From an uncultured Planctomycetaceae bacterium (GTDB taxonomy: Bacteria > Planctomycetota > Planctomycetia > Planctomycetales > Planctomycetaceae), in assembly GCA_963976765.1 (NCBI GenBank), contig CAXBME010000001.1, positions 310,001 to 374,000 on the forward strand: a stretch of DNA of 64,000 nucleotides, in the 5' to 3' direction. How positions within the stretch are numbered: position 1 is the stretch's first letter; every line of letters starts with the position of its first letter. This document shows, in pieces, positions 40,642 through 50,636 of the stretch. The position numbers and the translations under genes were made by a program. The notes beneath the pieces are model-generated. The model was given only the letters and a program-made list of their open reading frames with translations, did no database searches and was not told the DNA's origin.

Positions 40642-41775
40642 ATGAAATGCGTTTTCTGGATACTTATTTTCGCTGCTGTGCTCCTGCCGTCTGACACTTT
40701 CGGCCAGAACAGGTCGCCGTTCGATGCGTGGGACAAAGACCGTGACGGCAAGCTGACCAGAGAGGAGCTGCCCCCGAACATCCGACGGAATTTTGAGAAG
40801 GCCGACACTGACAAAGACGGATTCATTTCCCGCAAAGAAGATTCAGCGTTCAGACGGCGGAGCGAGAACCGCGAGAATCAATCCCGACGAGGCCCGGCAT
40901 ACGCCAATATTGATATCAAAAATGATCTCGCCTACGCCGGAACCGACAACCCGCGTCAGAAGCTCGATCTGTATCTGCCGAAGAAACGGTCATCCGATAA
41001 ACCATTGCCACTGATCGCCTTTATTCATGGTGGAGGTTGGAAAAACGGAGACAAACGCGGCGGTCTCAGACGTGTGGCGACGCTCGTCGAATCTGGCGAA
41101 TTCGTGGGTGCCTCGATCGGGTACCGACTCACGGACGAAGCCATCTGGCCGGCTCAGATTCATGACTGCAAAGCGGCCATTCGCTGGCTGCGAGCTCACG
41201 CCGAAGAATTCGGGTTTGATCCCGACCGCATTGCGGTCATGGGCTCATCGGCCGGCGGGCATCTTGTCGCGATGCTTGGAACCAGCGGGGACGTCAAAAA
41301 GCTGGACGGCAACCTCGGCGATCACAACGACGTCAGCAGCCGAGTCAACTGCGTGATCGACGAGTATGGCCCGACGAATTTCCTGACGATGAACGACTCT
41401 CCCGGCAGGATGGACCACCTTGCTGCTGACTCTCCGGAATCGAAACTGCTCGGCCAGCAGATCACAAAAGTTCCTGAACTGGTCAGTGAGGCATCGCCGG
41501 TGACTCACGTTACCAAAGACGATCCTCCGATTCTGATCATCCACGGAACGAACGACCCGCTGGTTCCGTATCAGCAATCAGTTGTCTTTACGGAAACCCT
41601 CAACGCTGTCGGCGTGCCGGTCATCCTGCAACGAATCGAGAACGGCGAACACGGCGGCTTCGGCAGCGACGAAGTCAACGCTCGAACTAAAGCGTTTCTC
41701 GAAAAGTATCTGCTTGGCCGCGACGTGGTTCTCTCAACGGAACCAATTACCGTCGAACCACGTCGTCGAAACTGA
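40642..41775 (+). CDS. Secreted alpha/beta-hydrolase (esterase) with an N-terminal EF-hand pair
   Basis: DKDRDGKLTREE and DTDKDGFISRKE; HGGGW, GSSAGG and HGTNDPLVP. Confidence 0.92.
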   Translation: MKCVFWILIFAAVLLPSDTFGQNRSPFDAWDKDRDGKLTREELPPNIRRNFEKADTDKDGFISRKEDSAFRRRSENRENQSRRGPAYANIDIKNDLAYAGTDNPRQKLDLYLPKKRSSDKPLPLIAFIHGGGWKNGDKRGGLRRVATLVESGEFVGASIGYRLTDEAIWPAQIHDCKAAIRWLRAHAEEFGFDPDRIAVMGSSAGGHLVAMLGTSGDVKKLDGNLGDHNDVSSRVNCVIDEYGPTNFLTMNDSPGRMDHLAADSPESKLLGQQITKVPELVSEASPVTHVTKDDPPILIIHGTNDPLVPYQQSVVFTETLNAVGVPVILQRIENGEHGGFGSDEVNARTKAFLEKYLLGRDVVLSTEPITVEPRRRN

Positions 41776-41872
41776 ACGGGAATTACCGTACGGTGCGTCC
41801 CGACGCTCCGCAGCGTGACGTGAAACAGTTGGGCGTCGAAACGCAACCTGCAACTTCGGAAGGATTCGAGCA

Positions 41873-42598
41873 ATGATGCAACTGATGGGCGACCCAGGGA
41901 CCACGCAGTACGACCTGCGATTTTCTATTCTGGGGATCCCCGTCCGCGTTCATCCGATGTTCTGGCTGATCGGTCTGCTGTTAGGGTCCGCGACTCCTGA
42001 GCTTTCGCTGGTCGTTATCTGGGTGGGATGCCTGTTCGTCTCGATCCTTGTCCACGAACTCGGTCACGCGCTGGCGGCGAGAAGTTACGGCTGGCCGCCT
42101 GACATCGTGCTGCATGGTTTTGGCGGCTTCGCCAGATACTCGCCCGGTCACGGCTACACGCGTCGGCGAGCCATTTGGATTGCGGTCGCTGGACCGCTCG
42201 CCGGCTTCGGACTGTATGCCGTCGTGCAGTGTGCTCACCTCTGGCTGCTCGCGGGACTCGCGGAAGAGCAACCCTGGGCTGTCAACCTGCTGAAGAGTAA
42301 CACTGGGGCCGGAATTCTGTTCGCGATTCGTCAGCTCAAATACATCAATCTGTTCTGGGGACTGGTCAACCTGATGCCTGTCTTCCCACTGGACGGAGGC
42401 AGAATCTGTTTCGAACTCTGCAATGGTCGAGGCAGCTATTCCGGCCAGGCACGCGCATACCAGATCGGCATAATGGCTGCCGGGTTAATGGCACTCTATT
42501 TTGCAAACCTGCGAATGATTCTGGCAGCGTTGATGTTCGGAAGCCTCGCCTATCAGAACTACCAGTTCTACACCCAGGCCAAACGAGGCTACCAGTAG
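41873..42598 (+). CDS. Site-2 protease (M50) family protein
   Basis: HELGH, AGPLAG and NLMPVFPLDGG. Confidence 0.93.
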   Translation: MMQLMGDPGTTQYDLRFSILGIPVRVHPMFWLIGLLLGSATPELSLVVIWVGCLFVSILVHELGHALAARSYGWPPDIVLHGFGGFARYSPGHGYTRRRAIWIAVAGPLAGFGLYAVVQCAHLWLLAGLAEEQPWAVNLLKSNTGAGILFAIRQLKYINLFWGLVNLMPVFPLDGGRICFELCNGRGSYSGQARAYQIGIMAAGLMALYFANLRMILAALMFGSLAYQNYQFYTQAKRGYQ

Positions 42599-42671
42599 GT
42601 CAGGCCCCGTCTGGTGAAGTCCTTCCATCCGGGCCTTACCTGAAATTTCAATCTGCACTCGGACATCGACC

Positions 42672-43478
42672 ATGCTTCTGAACGAAATCCTCAACTTCCT
42701 CTCCGACTTCGCACCGGCCGAACTCTCCGAAGAATGGGATAACACTGGCCTGCTGATTGGTCAGCGCGACGATTCTGTCAGCTCAATCATGACGTGCCTG
42801 ACGCTGACTCCCGACGTTGCGGAAGAGGCCGTTACCAACGGTGCGAGCCTCGTCGTCACTCATCATCCAATTCTCTTCCGAGCGGTGAAGAAGCTGACCG
42901 ACGACAGCAGCGAAGGCCGCATGCTGCTGTCGTTGATTCGAGCCGGCGTCGCGGTCTACTCGCCACACACCAGCTATGACAGCGCGTACGAAGGCGTGAA
43001 TCGCCAGTTGGCGGATTCGCTGAACCTGGCCGACGTGCAGCCAATTCGAACGATCGTCGGTGAGGCCAATTCTGAAATCAATAACGAGCCAATCGGTTCC
43101 GGACGCTTCGGCGATCTCCCCGAAGCTGTCTCATTGACCGAATTTGTTGACCGGGTGAAGCAGGCTTTGAGAATTCAGAACACATGGTTCGTTGGCGACT
43201 CAAAGTCCACGATCCGCCGAGTCGGCATTGCGTGCGGAGCTGCGGCTGAGTTCATGGGCGACGCCGCTCGCCTCGGCTGCGATGTTCTGCTGACCGGTGA
43301 AGCAAGGTTCCACGCCTGCCTGGAAGCCAGAACTCGCGGCATCGCTCTGGTCCTGCCTGGACACTATCCGACCGAGCGACCGGCGATGGAAAACCTGGCC
43401 GAACGGCTGAGCCAGCGGTTCCCGGCTCTCAACGTCTGGGCAAGCAGTGTCGAAGCTGATCCCGTACAGTGGGCATAA
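42672..43478 (+). CDS. Nif3-like dinuclear metal centre protein
   Basis: EEWDNTGLLIG, VTHHPILF, YSPHTSYD and GHYPTE. Confidence 0.95.
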   Translation: MLLNEILNFLSDFAPAELSEEWDNTGLLIGQRDDSVSSIMTCLTLTPDVAEEAVTNGASLVVTHHPILFRAVKKLTDDSSEGRMLLSLIRAGVAVYSPHTSYDSAYEGVNRQLADSLNLADVQPIRTIVGEANSEINNEPIGSGRFGDLPEAVSLTEFVDRVKQALRIQNTWFVGDSKSTIRRVGIACGAAAEFMGDAARLGCDVLLTGEARFHACLEARTRGIALVLPGHYPTERPAMENLAERLSQRFPALNVWASSVEADPVQWA

Positions 43479-43542
43479 CATTGCAACTCGTTTCACTGTC
43501 CATGAGATTGCTGATCATTCCTCAGTTGCCGGAGTTTCTCCA

Positions 43543-44928
43543 ATGAACCAGGAGCTTTCAGCACCGCCTCCCGGAGTTGGAATTAAGGTCGTAAAATCGT
43601 CGCCCGAACAGCTGGTCATTGCGATTCCTCCAGGCGGAAAAAAAGCACGCAGCATTGGCTGTTTCGGTTTTGCCTGGATGGCCATTGTTCTTCCGATTTC
43701 ATGCGCATTCATTATTGGCGGCGCAGAAGACGAGAACGGAAACGCCGTTTCACTGCTCGTGCTGATTCCGTTTCTGGGAATCTTCTGGGCGGTCGGGATT
43801 GGGATGATCGTTGTCTGGGCTCGCATGAGGTTTACAGAGATCTTTCTGTCCGTCGAGCGAGAACAGTTTGCGATTCAGAAGACTCTGTTCGGGCGAAAGA
43901 AGTTAAAAAAGATCGCCCTTGACGATGTTTCGCAGGCCAGACTTGTTGAGTCCTATCAGGAGAACGACGTTCCGGTCTACGCGATTCAGATGGAGGGGAT
44001 CGGCGAGACCGAGAAGTTCGCGACAGGCTTGAGTTATGAAGAAAAACGCTGGCTGGCGAACGCGATTAATCGGTTTCTTGGCGTCGGCGGAGCCTCGAAA
44101 GCTGGGAGTGCGGACTCAGCGACACTGCCCGAATTCTGCGACGACTGCGGCAGCGAGTTGATGATCGGCGAAGGCAAACGTGTCTGCCCCGATTGTGCCC
44201 GCGTCTATCTTGAAGACAACGTCAAGGAAGACGAAGAGGACGAAGTTTACGACATTGATCCTGACTCCCGTCGCGGTCGATCGGCGGCGGCTTTTCGCGG
44301 CAGCAATGGGAAGATTACAGAACGCCCGCCCGCCTTGACTCCTTACGAGTTGCCGGAAGGCTCACTGGTCCGGATTGACCTCGACGATGGAGAGTCTCTC
44401 ACCTTCAGCTATCGAGTTCAGTCGCCTCTCATTGTGAACGTTTTCCTGGGAGGGTTCCTCTGTTTCTTTTGCCTTTTCTGGTACGGGGTATCGCTGCCGG
44501 CCTTCTTTGCTGCATTGCTCAGCGACGAACCAATTGTCATGAAAATTGTCGGTACACTCTTTGCCAGTGTTTTTCTCGTTGTGGGGCTGATGCCGCTGGG
44601 AATGTTGCTGACCCTTTTCTTTGGCAGGGCCCGACTTCAGATGCGCCGCGAGGATGTCACTGGTTCGATTGGCTTCTGGCTCCTGCGGAAAAAGAAGACG
44701 ATCTCGACCGAGTCGATTACCGACGTTGGACTGGCTGCCCTCCAGGTCAGTCGCAAGGGGGCAGTCCAGACCAGTGGCCAATTTGCCGGGATGCAGGCCT
44801 GCATGATCAAGTCGTCCGAATTCAACATGCCACTGACGATGAGTGCCGACGCTCAGTTCAACGCACAGGTAGCAGGTCTTGCCAGGTTCCAGTTCGAACG
44901 TCTGGGAGTCAAGCTGGCCAATGACTGA
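43543..44928 (+). CDS. Hypothetical membrane protein: two TM-hairpin modules around a CxxC..CxxC Zn ribbon
   Basis: RBS ggag; two hydrophobic hairpins; CDDCG...CPDC. Confidence 0.75.
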   Translation: MNQELSAPPPGVGIKVVKSSPEQLVIAIPPGGKKARSIGCFGFAWMAIVLPISCAFIIGGAEDENGNAVSLLVLIPFLGIFWAVGIGMIVVWARMRFTEIFLSVEREQFAIQKTLFGRKKLKKIALDDVSQARLVESYQENDVPVYAIQMEGIGETEKFATGLSYEEKRWLANAINRFLGVGGASKAGSADSATLPEFCDDCGSELMIGEGKRVCPDCARVYLEDNVKEDEEDEVYDIDPDSRRGRSAAAFRGSNGKITERPPALTPYELPEGSLVRIDLDDGESLTFSYRVQSPLIVNVFLGGFLCFFCLFWYGVSLPAFFAALLSDEPIVMKIVGTLFASVFLVVGLMPLGMLLTLFFGRARLQMRREDVTGSIGFWLLRKKKTISTESITDVGLAALQVSRKGAVQTSGQFAGMQACMIKSSEFNMPLTMSADAQFNAQVAGLARFQFERLGVKLAND

Positions 44929-46387
44929 GCCTGACGGAAGCAATATCGTCACCAGGATTTCCGCTTCGTCCGAAGTTCCTTCGCAGAAAAACGCAGACTG
45001 CACCGAGCCCCTCGGCAGCAGTCACCAGCTCACGCAGTTCCTCAGCGGCAACCCTCGCACAACCATTCTGTTTCTGGCATTGCCCGTGCTGGCGGAGCAG
45101 TTTCTGAACTTTCTGGTCGGATTCGTCGACACGCTCCTTTCCGGTCGGATCAGCATGGCAGCGACGTCGGCCATCGGAACTGCTGCCTACGTCAACTGGC
45201 TGGCCGAGCTGATTTTCTCACTCGTCGCCACAGGCACGACAGCTCTTGTCGCGCGACACTGGGGAGCGTTCGAGCGTGACGACGCCGGACGGGTTGCCAG
45301 CTCATCCATTTCTCTGGCGCTTGGAATGGGCATCGCCGCAACCGGACTGCTCTACATGATCGCCCCAGTCTTTGGGGATTTTCTACAGCTGGAAGCTGGC
45401 AGCAATTTCCTGCTTGTCCGTTATCTGCGTCTGAGCTGTTTTGGCCACGCGTTTTCAAGCGTGTTGCTGATCGGCTCGGCAGCGTTGCGAGGTTCGGGCA
45501 ACATGCGGGCACCGATGTTTATTCTCGGGCTCGTCAGTATTCTGAACGTTGTCTTCTCAAGCGTGCTGGTCTTCGGTTTTGGTCCGCTGCCGGCTTTCGG
45601 GATGGACGGCATCGCTGTGGGAACCGTTGCCGCACGTTTCGCTGGCTTTCTCGTGATGCTCACGATTCTTTTTCAGGGAACTGCTGGCATCATCGCCAGG
45701 CCCGATTGGGCATCCGCCACCGACTTCGCAACGATTGGTCGAGTTCTGCGAATTGGGATCCCGGCGGCCACTGATAGCCTGCTGATGTGGGGGGGGCACT
45801 TTCTGTTTCTGAAAGTCGTCGCGGGACTCGGTACAGGCGTCGCTGGAGAAGCGATCCTTGCTGCACACATCGTGGGAATCCAGATTGAAGCCATTAATTA
45901 CCTGCCCGCCTGGGCCTGGGGCACCGCCGCCGCAACTTTGATCGGGCAATGCCTGGGAGCTGGTCGTCCTGAACGGGCGCGTCTCGGCGGTCACGAAGCA
46001 ATGCTTCAGTCGTGCGTCATGGCCGTCATCGTGATGGTGGGATTTCTCTGCGGAGCCGAATTCATTTACGCCCTGATGCACGAAGACCCAATGGTCGCCA
46101 ACGTCGGAGTCCCAGCCATCCGACTGCTGGCCCTCTTTGAAATTCCCCTGTCCATCACCATCGTTTACGCCGTCGGCCTGCGAGGCGCCGGAGAATCACT
46201 TCGCCCCATGCTGGTGAACGTCTTCGGAGTTTTCGTGATCCGATTGCCGGTCGGCTACTGGCTGGGCATTGAACTGGAGTATGGCCTGCTCGGGGCCTGG
46301 GGAGCGATGGGGGCTGACATCACCGCCAGAGCTATCGCTATCGCCCTCTACTTTCGATACGGCAAATGGGACCAGAAAGGAATCTGA
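44921..46387 (+). CDS. MATE family efflux transporter
   Basis: LALPVLAEQ, GFVDTL, LRGSGNMRAPM, LRIGIPA and LRGAGE; overlaps the upstream stop. Confidence 0.94.
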   Translation: MTEPDGSNIVTRISASSEVPSQKNADCTEPLGSSHQLTQFLSGNPRTTILFLALPVLAEQFLNFLVGFVDTLLSGRISMAATSAIGTAAYVNWLAELIFSLVATGTTALVARHWGAFERDDAGRVASSSISLALGMGIAATGLLYMIAPVFGDFLQLEAGSNFLLVRYLRLSCFGHAFSSVLLIGSAALRGSGNMRAPMFILGLVSILNVVFSSVLVFGFGPLPAFGMDGIAVGTVAARFAGFLVMLTILFQGTAGIIARPDWASATDFATIGRVLRIGIPAATDSLLMWGGHFLFLKVVAGLGTGVAGEAILAAHIVGIQIEAINYLPAWAWGTAAATLIGQCLGAGRPERARLGGHEAMLQSCVMAVIVMVGFLCGAEFIYALMHEDPMVANVGVPAIRLLALFEIPLSITIVYAVGLRGAGESLRPMLVNVFGVFVIRLPVGYWLGIELEYGLLGAWGAMGADITARAIAIALYFRYGKWDQKGI

Positions 46388-46994
46388 TTCCTGAGCTTTG
46401 AAACTCGGGTGGGTGCATATCACTGATAGCTTTCGCAGGCTTTGCCCAGAACGCAGCGTTTCAAGTTACTCACCCATCAACGTTTGAATTCGTTGTGCAG
46501 CGTTCGCGACGCTGACCGAAAAAATGCTTCGTCAACGCCATGTCACGCTGCATGGACTGTATCACTACCTGCTGCACTTCATCATCGTGATCTGCTGCTG
46601 AGAGATTGTTTCTCGCCGCTGAATCGCTCCGGCTCAGAATGATCACGGACCGCGGTGAGGTCCCCCGTCTCCAAACGGCGTCGCTCCCTGTGGGCACGAT
46701 CATTTGGCACGCCTCCGGCAACAGTACCTCGCAACGGCTACGCGTCGAAGAACCCTGGAAACAAACCCAGAATAATCAACGTGGGGAAATACTTACTTTT
46801 GAAACGTTCACAATCAGTCGGCAGCGTATCCGGGCAGCCTTTGACACCAGCGAGCCTGCGATACCACGACGCAGTTTTCAGTTTTTCCCGACGGTTCTGA
46901 ACTATCCAATCTTTTTTTGGAGGAGGCGAAGTTGCACTGTGACGAAAATGCCCATTGAGTCCCAAAAAGACAGGACTCCGGTCAGATCTCACGG

Positions 46995-47436
46995 TTGAGG
47001 ATTCGCCGCAATCGATCCGGGGTGATCTTCACCAGGCTGCTCTCTTTGTTCCTCATCGCCGCTCTCTGGCTGCGCATCTTCATTCGCGTTCAGAGCGGTG
47101 AGGCCGGTGTCCTGTACAGCCTGTTCGGAGGCGGCACGGTCGTCGATTACGTTTACGCGGAAGGTCTGCACTTTGTCCTGCCGTGGGACATTCTGTACGT
47201 CTATGACGTGCGTATCCAGGAACGTGAGCACGATCTGCAATTGCTTACGAGGAATGGGCCGAATGTATCATTCAAACTGTCGATTCGGTATCAGCCCGAG
47301 TATGAAACGGTGGGCTACGGCATCAGAAGGTCGGGCTGGACTACGTTGAAAACATTGGCGTACCTCAAGGTCGCATCAGTATTGAGAACCCTGGTGGGCC
47401 AGTTCTCTGCCGAGGAAGTTTACACGACGCGACGCA
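46995..47436 (+). pseudogene. Prohibitin/SPFH (band 7) family pseudogene, 5' fragment
   Basis: SGEAGVLY..FGGGT...EGLHFVLPWDILYVYDVRIQE. The family-like segment HQKVGLDYVENI is out of frame at 47321-47368, and the gene is cut at the IS end. Confidence 0.8.
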
Positions 47437-48057
47437 CTATCTGGACCGCGCCGGGTTCTGGATCTTGGATTGGTGTAAACTGTGAATTATCTAAGGGTTA
47501 GTGGTCTTGATGTCGCCGCAGGATATCCGCGAAGCTGGGTTGTTTGCTCGGGGAGTTTCTGAGCGGTTTTGCCGCTTGTTTTGCTCTCGGGCGTGCAGCG
47601 CAAGAATGCTGAAGCCATCGTGCTGGATCAGAAAGTGGCACCGCGGACGCTGCAGCGATCTCTGGAATCCATCGTCTGGGGTGAGGAACAGTTGCGGGAC
47701 CGCTGTGAGTAGATCGTGGCTGCTGAGCATGCTCATTCTGACGCGATCGGCTGTGTCGACGAAACGGGCACGGCGAAGAGCGGCCAGCACACGACCGGCG
47801 TCAAACGGCAGCCGAGCGAAGTTCAGAATCTCGCGACGTTCTCATTGGCGTTTCGAAAACAATCGCCACAGCGGTATCGCATCAAGGACACTCATCGCGG
47901 CAGCGAGGTCTGGGAAATTCGTCACGCCCGACGCAACGCTCAGGCATCCCGATCACACCGCAGGACAAGACGCCAACGACTTGCAGCTCTCGGCATCAAT
48001 CCCGATAAATTCAATTCAGTCCCACTCCGCTAAACAAACCTGGCGCTGTCCAGCTAA
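47437..48057 (+). mobile_element. Internally deleted IS701-family element (transposase pseudogene with terminal inverted repeats)
   Basis: QRKNAEAIVLDQKVAPRTLQR..W...*IVAAEHAHSDAIGCVDETGTAKSGQHTTGVKRQ with TAG at 47710. The ends ctggaccgcgccgggtt and aacctggcgctgtccag match 15/17 as inverted repeats and are flanked by ctat / ctaa. Confidence 0.85.
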
Positions 48058-48152
48058 AGCTTTGCTTATCAAAACCAGAATTTGCGGATGAGGAGTGTAA
48101 GACCTTGACGTTTTTCTGAGTCTTTGGGCTGAGGTCAGGGTGGCATTTCCTG

Positions 48153-48193
48153 AAATAAAAAACGGCGGGAAGATCGAGTGTCTTCCCACCGTT
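48153..48193 (-). terminator. Intrinsic terminator
   Basis: Minus strand reads aacggtgggaaga-cactcga-tcttcccgccgtt-ttttattt, after 48221..49015. Confidence 0.8.
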
Positions 48194-48220
48194 CTGGTTT
48201 TGCTGAACCGCTCGCTCTGT

Positions 48221-49015
48221 TTACTCTTTTTCCTCAGGTTTGATCTCGAACTTATCGGCTGGAGCTTTGATGTCGCCGAGGTCGGCTTTGGCTCCATCTT
48301 TGATGGTGGCTTTCATGGCTTTGTCGAGGTAGCCAGTTCGTTCATGCCAGACGACGAATTCGTAGTCACCGGCCGGCAGTTTCGGAATCGTGAATCGGCC
48401 ATCCGCATCGGTGACGGTTGCATACGGGTGGTCAATCACCAGCCAGTAAGCCTTCATCCAGGCGTGAATGTCGCACTTCACCTGCATCGGCAGCGGCTCT
48501 TTCAAGTTGAACTTCGGCATCTTGACACCAACTCGGTCGTTCGGAGCAACGATGAAATTTTCCCCCTGATTGAAGACAGGGTAGGTGTGTGTGTTGTGAG
48601 GCACGTTGTCATCTGACTTCACGACAACCTGTTGATCAGTTCGCACGACCATGGCGTGTGGTTTGAAGACGCATTCCTTCTGGTCGAAAACGACTTCCGG
48701 CTCTTTGCTCTTTTCGAGTTCCGGGTGAATGTCACCCTTCGAGATTTTCTTCAAGTAGACAAAGACGTGCTGGATGCCTTTGTTTTTCGGATTGATCACC
48801 AACGAGTCGTTGGCGGTATCTTTGATCGCACAGCAGGCCGGCAGCTTACTGGCGGGAGCGTCCTTTTTGACGACTGGCAGCAGCTTCGGAACGTCGCCGT
48901 CAAAGACGATTCGTCCGGTAAGATCGCCGTAGCCGTCGGCAGCGATCGCCTGGGAACTCAGGCCAGCAACCACTGCTGCCAGTAGAGCGGCGGTCAGGCG
49001 GAAATTCATCGACAT
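48221..49015 (-). CDS. Secreted cupredoxin-like / carboxypeptidase-regulatory-like domain protein
   Basis: Signal peptide, FDQKECVFKPH, PHNTH, CDIHAWM and TDADGRFTIPKLPAGDY..VWHE; RBS aggag before ATG 49015. Confidence 0.85.
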   Translation of the reverse strand: MSMNFRLTAALLAAVVAGLSSQAIAADGYGDLTGRIVFDGDVPKLLPVVKKDAPASKLPACCAIKDTANDSLVINPKNKGIQHVFVYLKKISKGDIHPELEKSKEPEVVFDQKECVFKPHAMVVRTDQQVVVKSDDNVPHNTHTYPVFNQGENFIVAPNDRVGVKMPKFNLKEPLPMQVKCDIHAWMKAYWLVIDHPYATVTDADGRFTIPKLPAGDYEFVVWHERTGYLDKAMKATIKDGAKADLGDIKAPADKFEIKPEEKE

Positions 49016-49472
49016 ATCAATTCTCCTGAAAACTGTTTCGGCGGCGTCATCAGTTGGTTGTCTGCGGCGTGAGGAACATTCCCGACCGGTTGGTCTGATG
49101 AAGAAACCACCTGAAAGTGGAAAGGGCACAGTTTTACGCTGTCCGAGGTACGCCTCAGATCAACATTTCGCGATACCATTTTTTAGCTGCGTCACCTGAA
49201 TTTGCCAGTATTTCGCGAGTTCATTCCAACCGGTTAAGCCATACTTTCCAGAAAATCACGCGGTCAGCCGCTCGGTGAAACCCGCGATCGCAGATTCTGA
49301 GGGGCAGGAGTCGTTGCTGAAAAGTTGTGGAGAGTTGCCGACGGGAAAGAAGTCCGAGTGTGACGATCAGGCGGGAACCGCTGACTGTGCAGCGATCTGA
49401 AGCCAGCGTACAGTCTGAAACAATCGATTGCGAGCAAACCGGACTCTATACCTGAGCAGTGAAACGACTTAC

Positions 49473-50459
49473 ATGGACAGTCTTCGATGCGTTGTGGTTG
49501 GCTGTGGCCGCATGGGGCTTGCTCATGCAGAGCGGCTGGCGGCAGATCCACGATCGACGCTGGCCGGTTTCTACGATGCCGACCGGGAAATGGCGACGCG
49601 GCTTCGAGACCAGTTTGTCCCAGACGCTCCGGTTTTCGAATCCGCTGAAGATGCCTTTGCTCCGGCGAATGTCGATGCGGCTGTGATTTGCACACCAACG
49701 ACGGCGCACGTGTCGCAGGTTCGAGCCGCCGCCACGCACGACCTGCATGTGCTGTGTGAAAAACCGCTCGGAGCGACGCGGGACGAAATCATCAGCCTGA
49801 TCGATCTGTCACAAAGTCTCAGCCACGTTCACTTCATGCTTGGGTATCAGCGTCGCTTCTGGGCGATCTATCAGCGGATGAAGCAAGAGATCGAGTCCGG
49901 TCAATGGGGCCGCATCGTTGGCGTGACGGCGGTGAACACCGAACGCTGGCAGCAGACCATCGCCGACACGTGGCGAGACGATCCCGGAATTAACAACGGT
50001 GGCTACCTTGGTGATGCCGGCAGTCATCGGCTCGATAACCTGTTCTACGTGACAGGTCTGCAGCGCGGAGATCTGTCAGCACGCAGTACCAAAGCCGGCA
50101 GCAATGTCGAGATCATCACGATGGTCAATGGCGAACTCCTGGGCGAGGCCGATCGAGCCGTGCCGTTTTCGCTTTCGTTCGTCGGCAATGCAAACTCGTT
50201 TCACGAGGAGTTGTTCATTCACTGCGAAAAAGCTGACCTTATCGTCCGAGACTTTCAGCTCTTCATCGGCTGCGACAACAACGTCAGGCGGATCGAGCTG
50301 CCGCCGGAACATAGCGGTCGCGAGTCGACGCAGAATCCCGTCACCGGATTCCTCGACCTGGTCACCGGAGCTGCCGAAAACATTTCGCCCTTCGAGTGCG
50401 CACTCCCCGTGTTTGACATGACGACCGCCATCCTGGAGTCTGCTCGCTCACGGAAATGA
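49473..50459 (+). CDS. Gfo/Idh/MocA family oxidoreductase
   Basis: VVGCGRMG, ICTPTTAH, HVLCEKPL, GYQRRF and GGYLGDAGSH. Confidence 0.94.
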   Translation: MDSLRCVVVGCGRMGLAHAERLAADPRSTLAGFYDADREMATRLRDQFVPDAPVFESAEDAFAPANVDAAVICTPTTAHVSQVRAAATHDLHVLCEKPLGATRDEIISLIDLSQSLSHVHFMLGYQRRFWAIYQRMKQEIESGQWGRIVGVTAVNTERWQQTIADTWRDDPGINNGGYLGDAGSHRLDNLFYVTGLQRGDLSARSTKAGSNVEIITMVNGELLGEADRAVPFSLSFVGNANSFHEELFIHCEKADLIVRDFQLFIGCDNNVRRIELPPEHSGRESTQNPVTGFLDLVTGAAENISPFECALPVFDMTTAILESARSRK

Positions 50460-50636
50460 ATCCGCAACTCCGCAGGTCAGGTTCCGCCTGACGAAGTCAT
50501 GACTAAAATTGAACTACGGAAGGAACGGAAAAAACGGAAGTCGGAAACACTTTTCCGAGTCGTTTTCATGCCTCGGCGTGGTTTTTCTTAACCTGGCTCT
50601 TTCCTGGATTTCCTGAAACAGAAGCAGGAGTTTTTT

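Noticed and set aside
46388..46994. Short ORFs between MATE and the SPFH fragment
   Set aside because: No recognisable homology; probably decayed sequence next to the IS.
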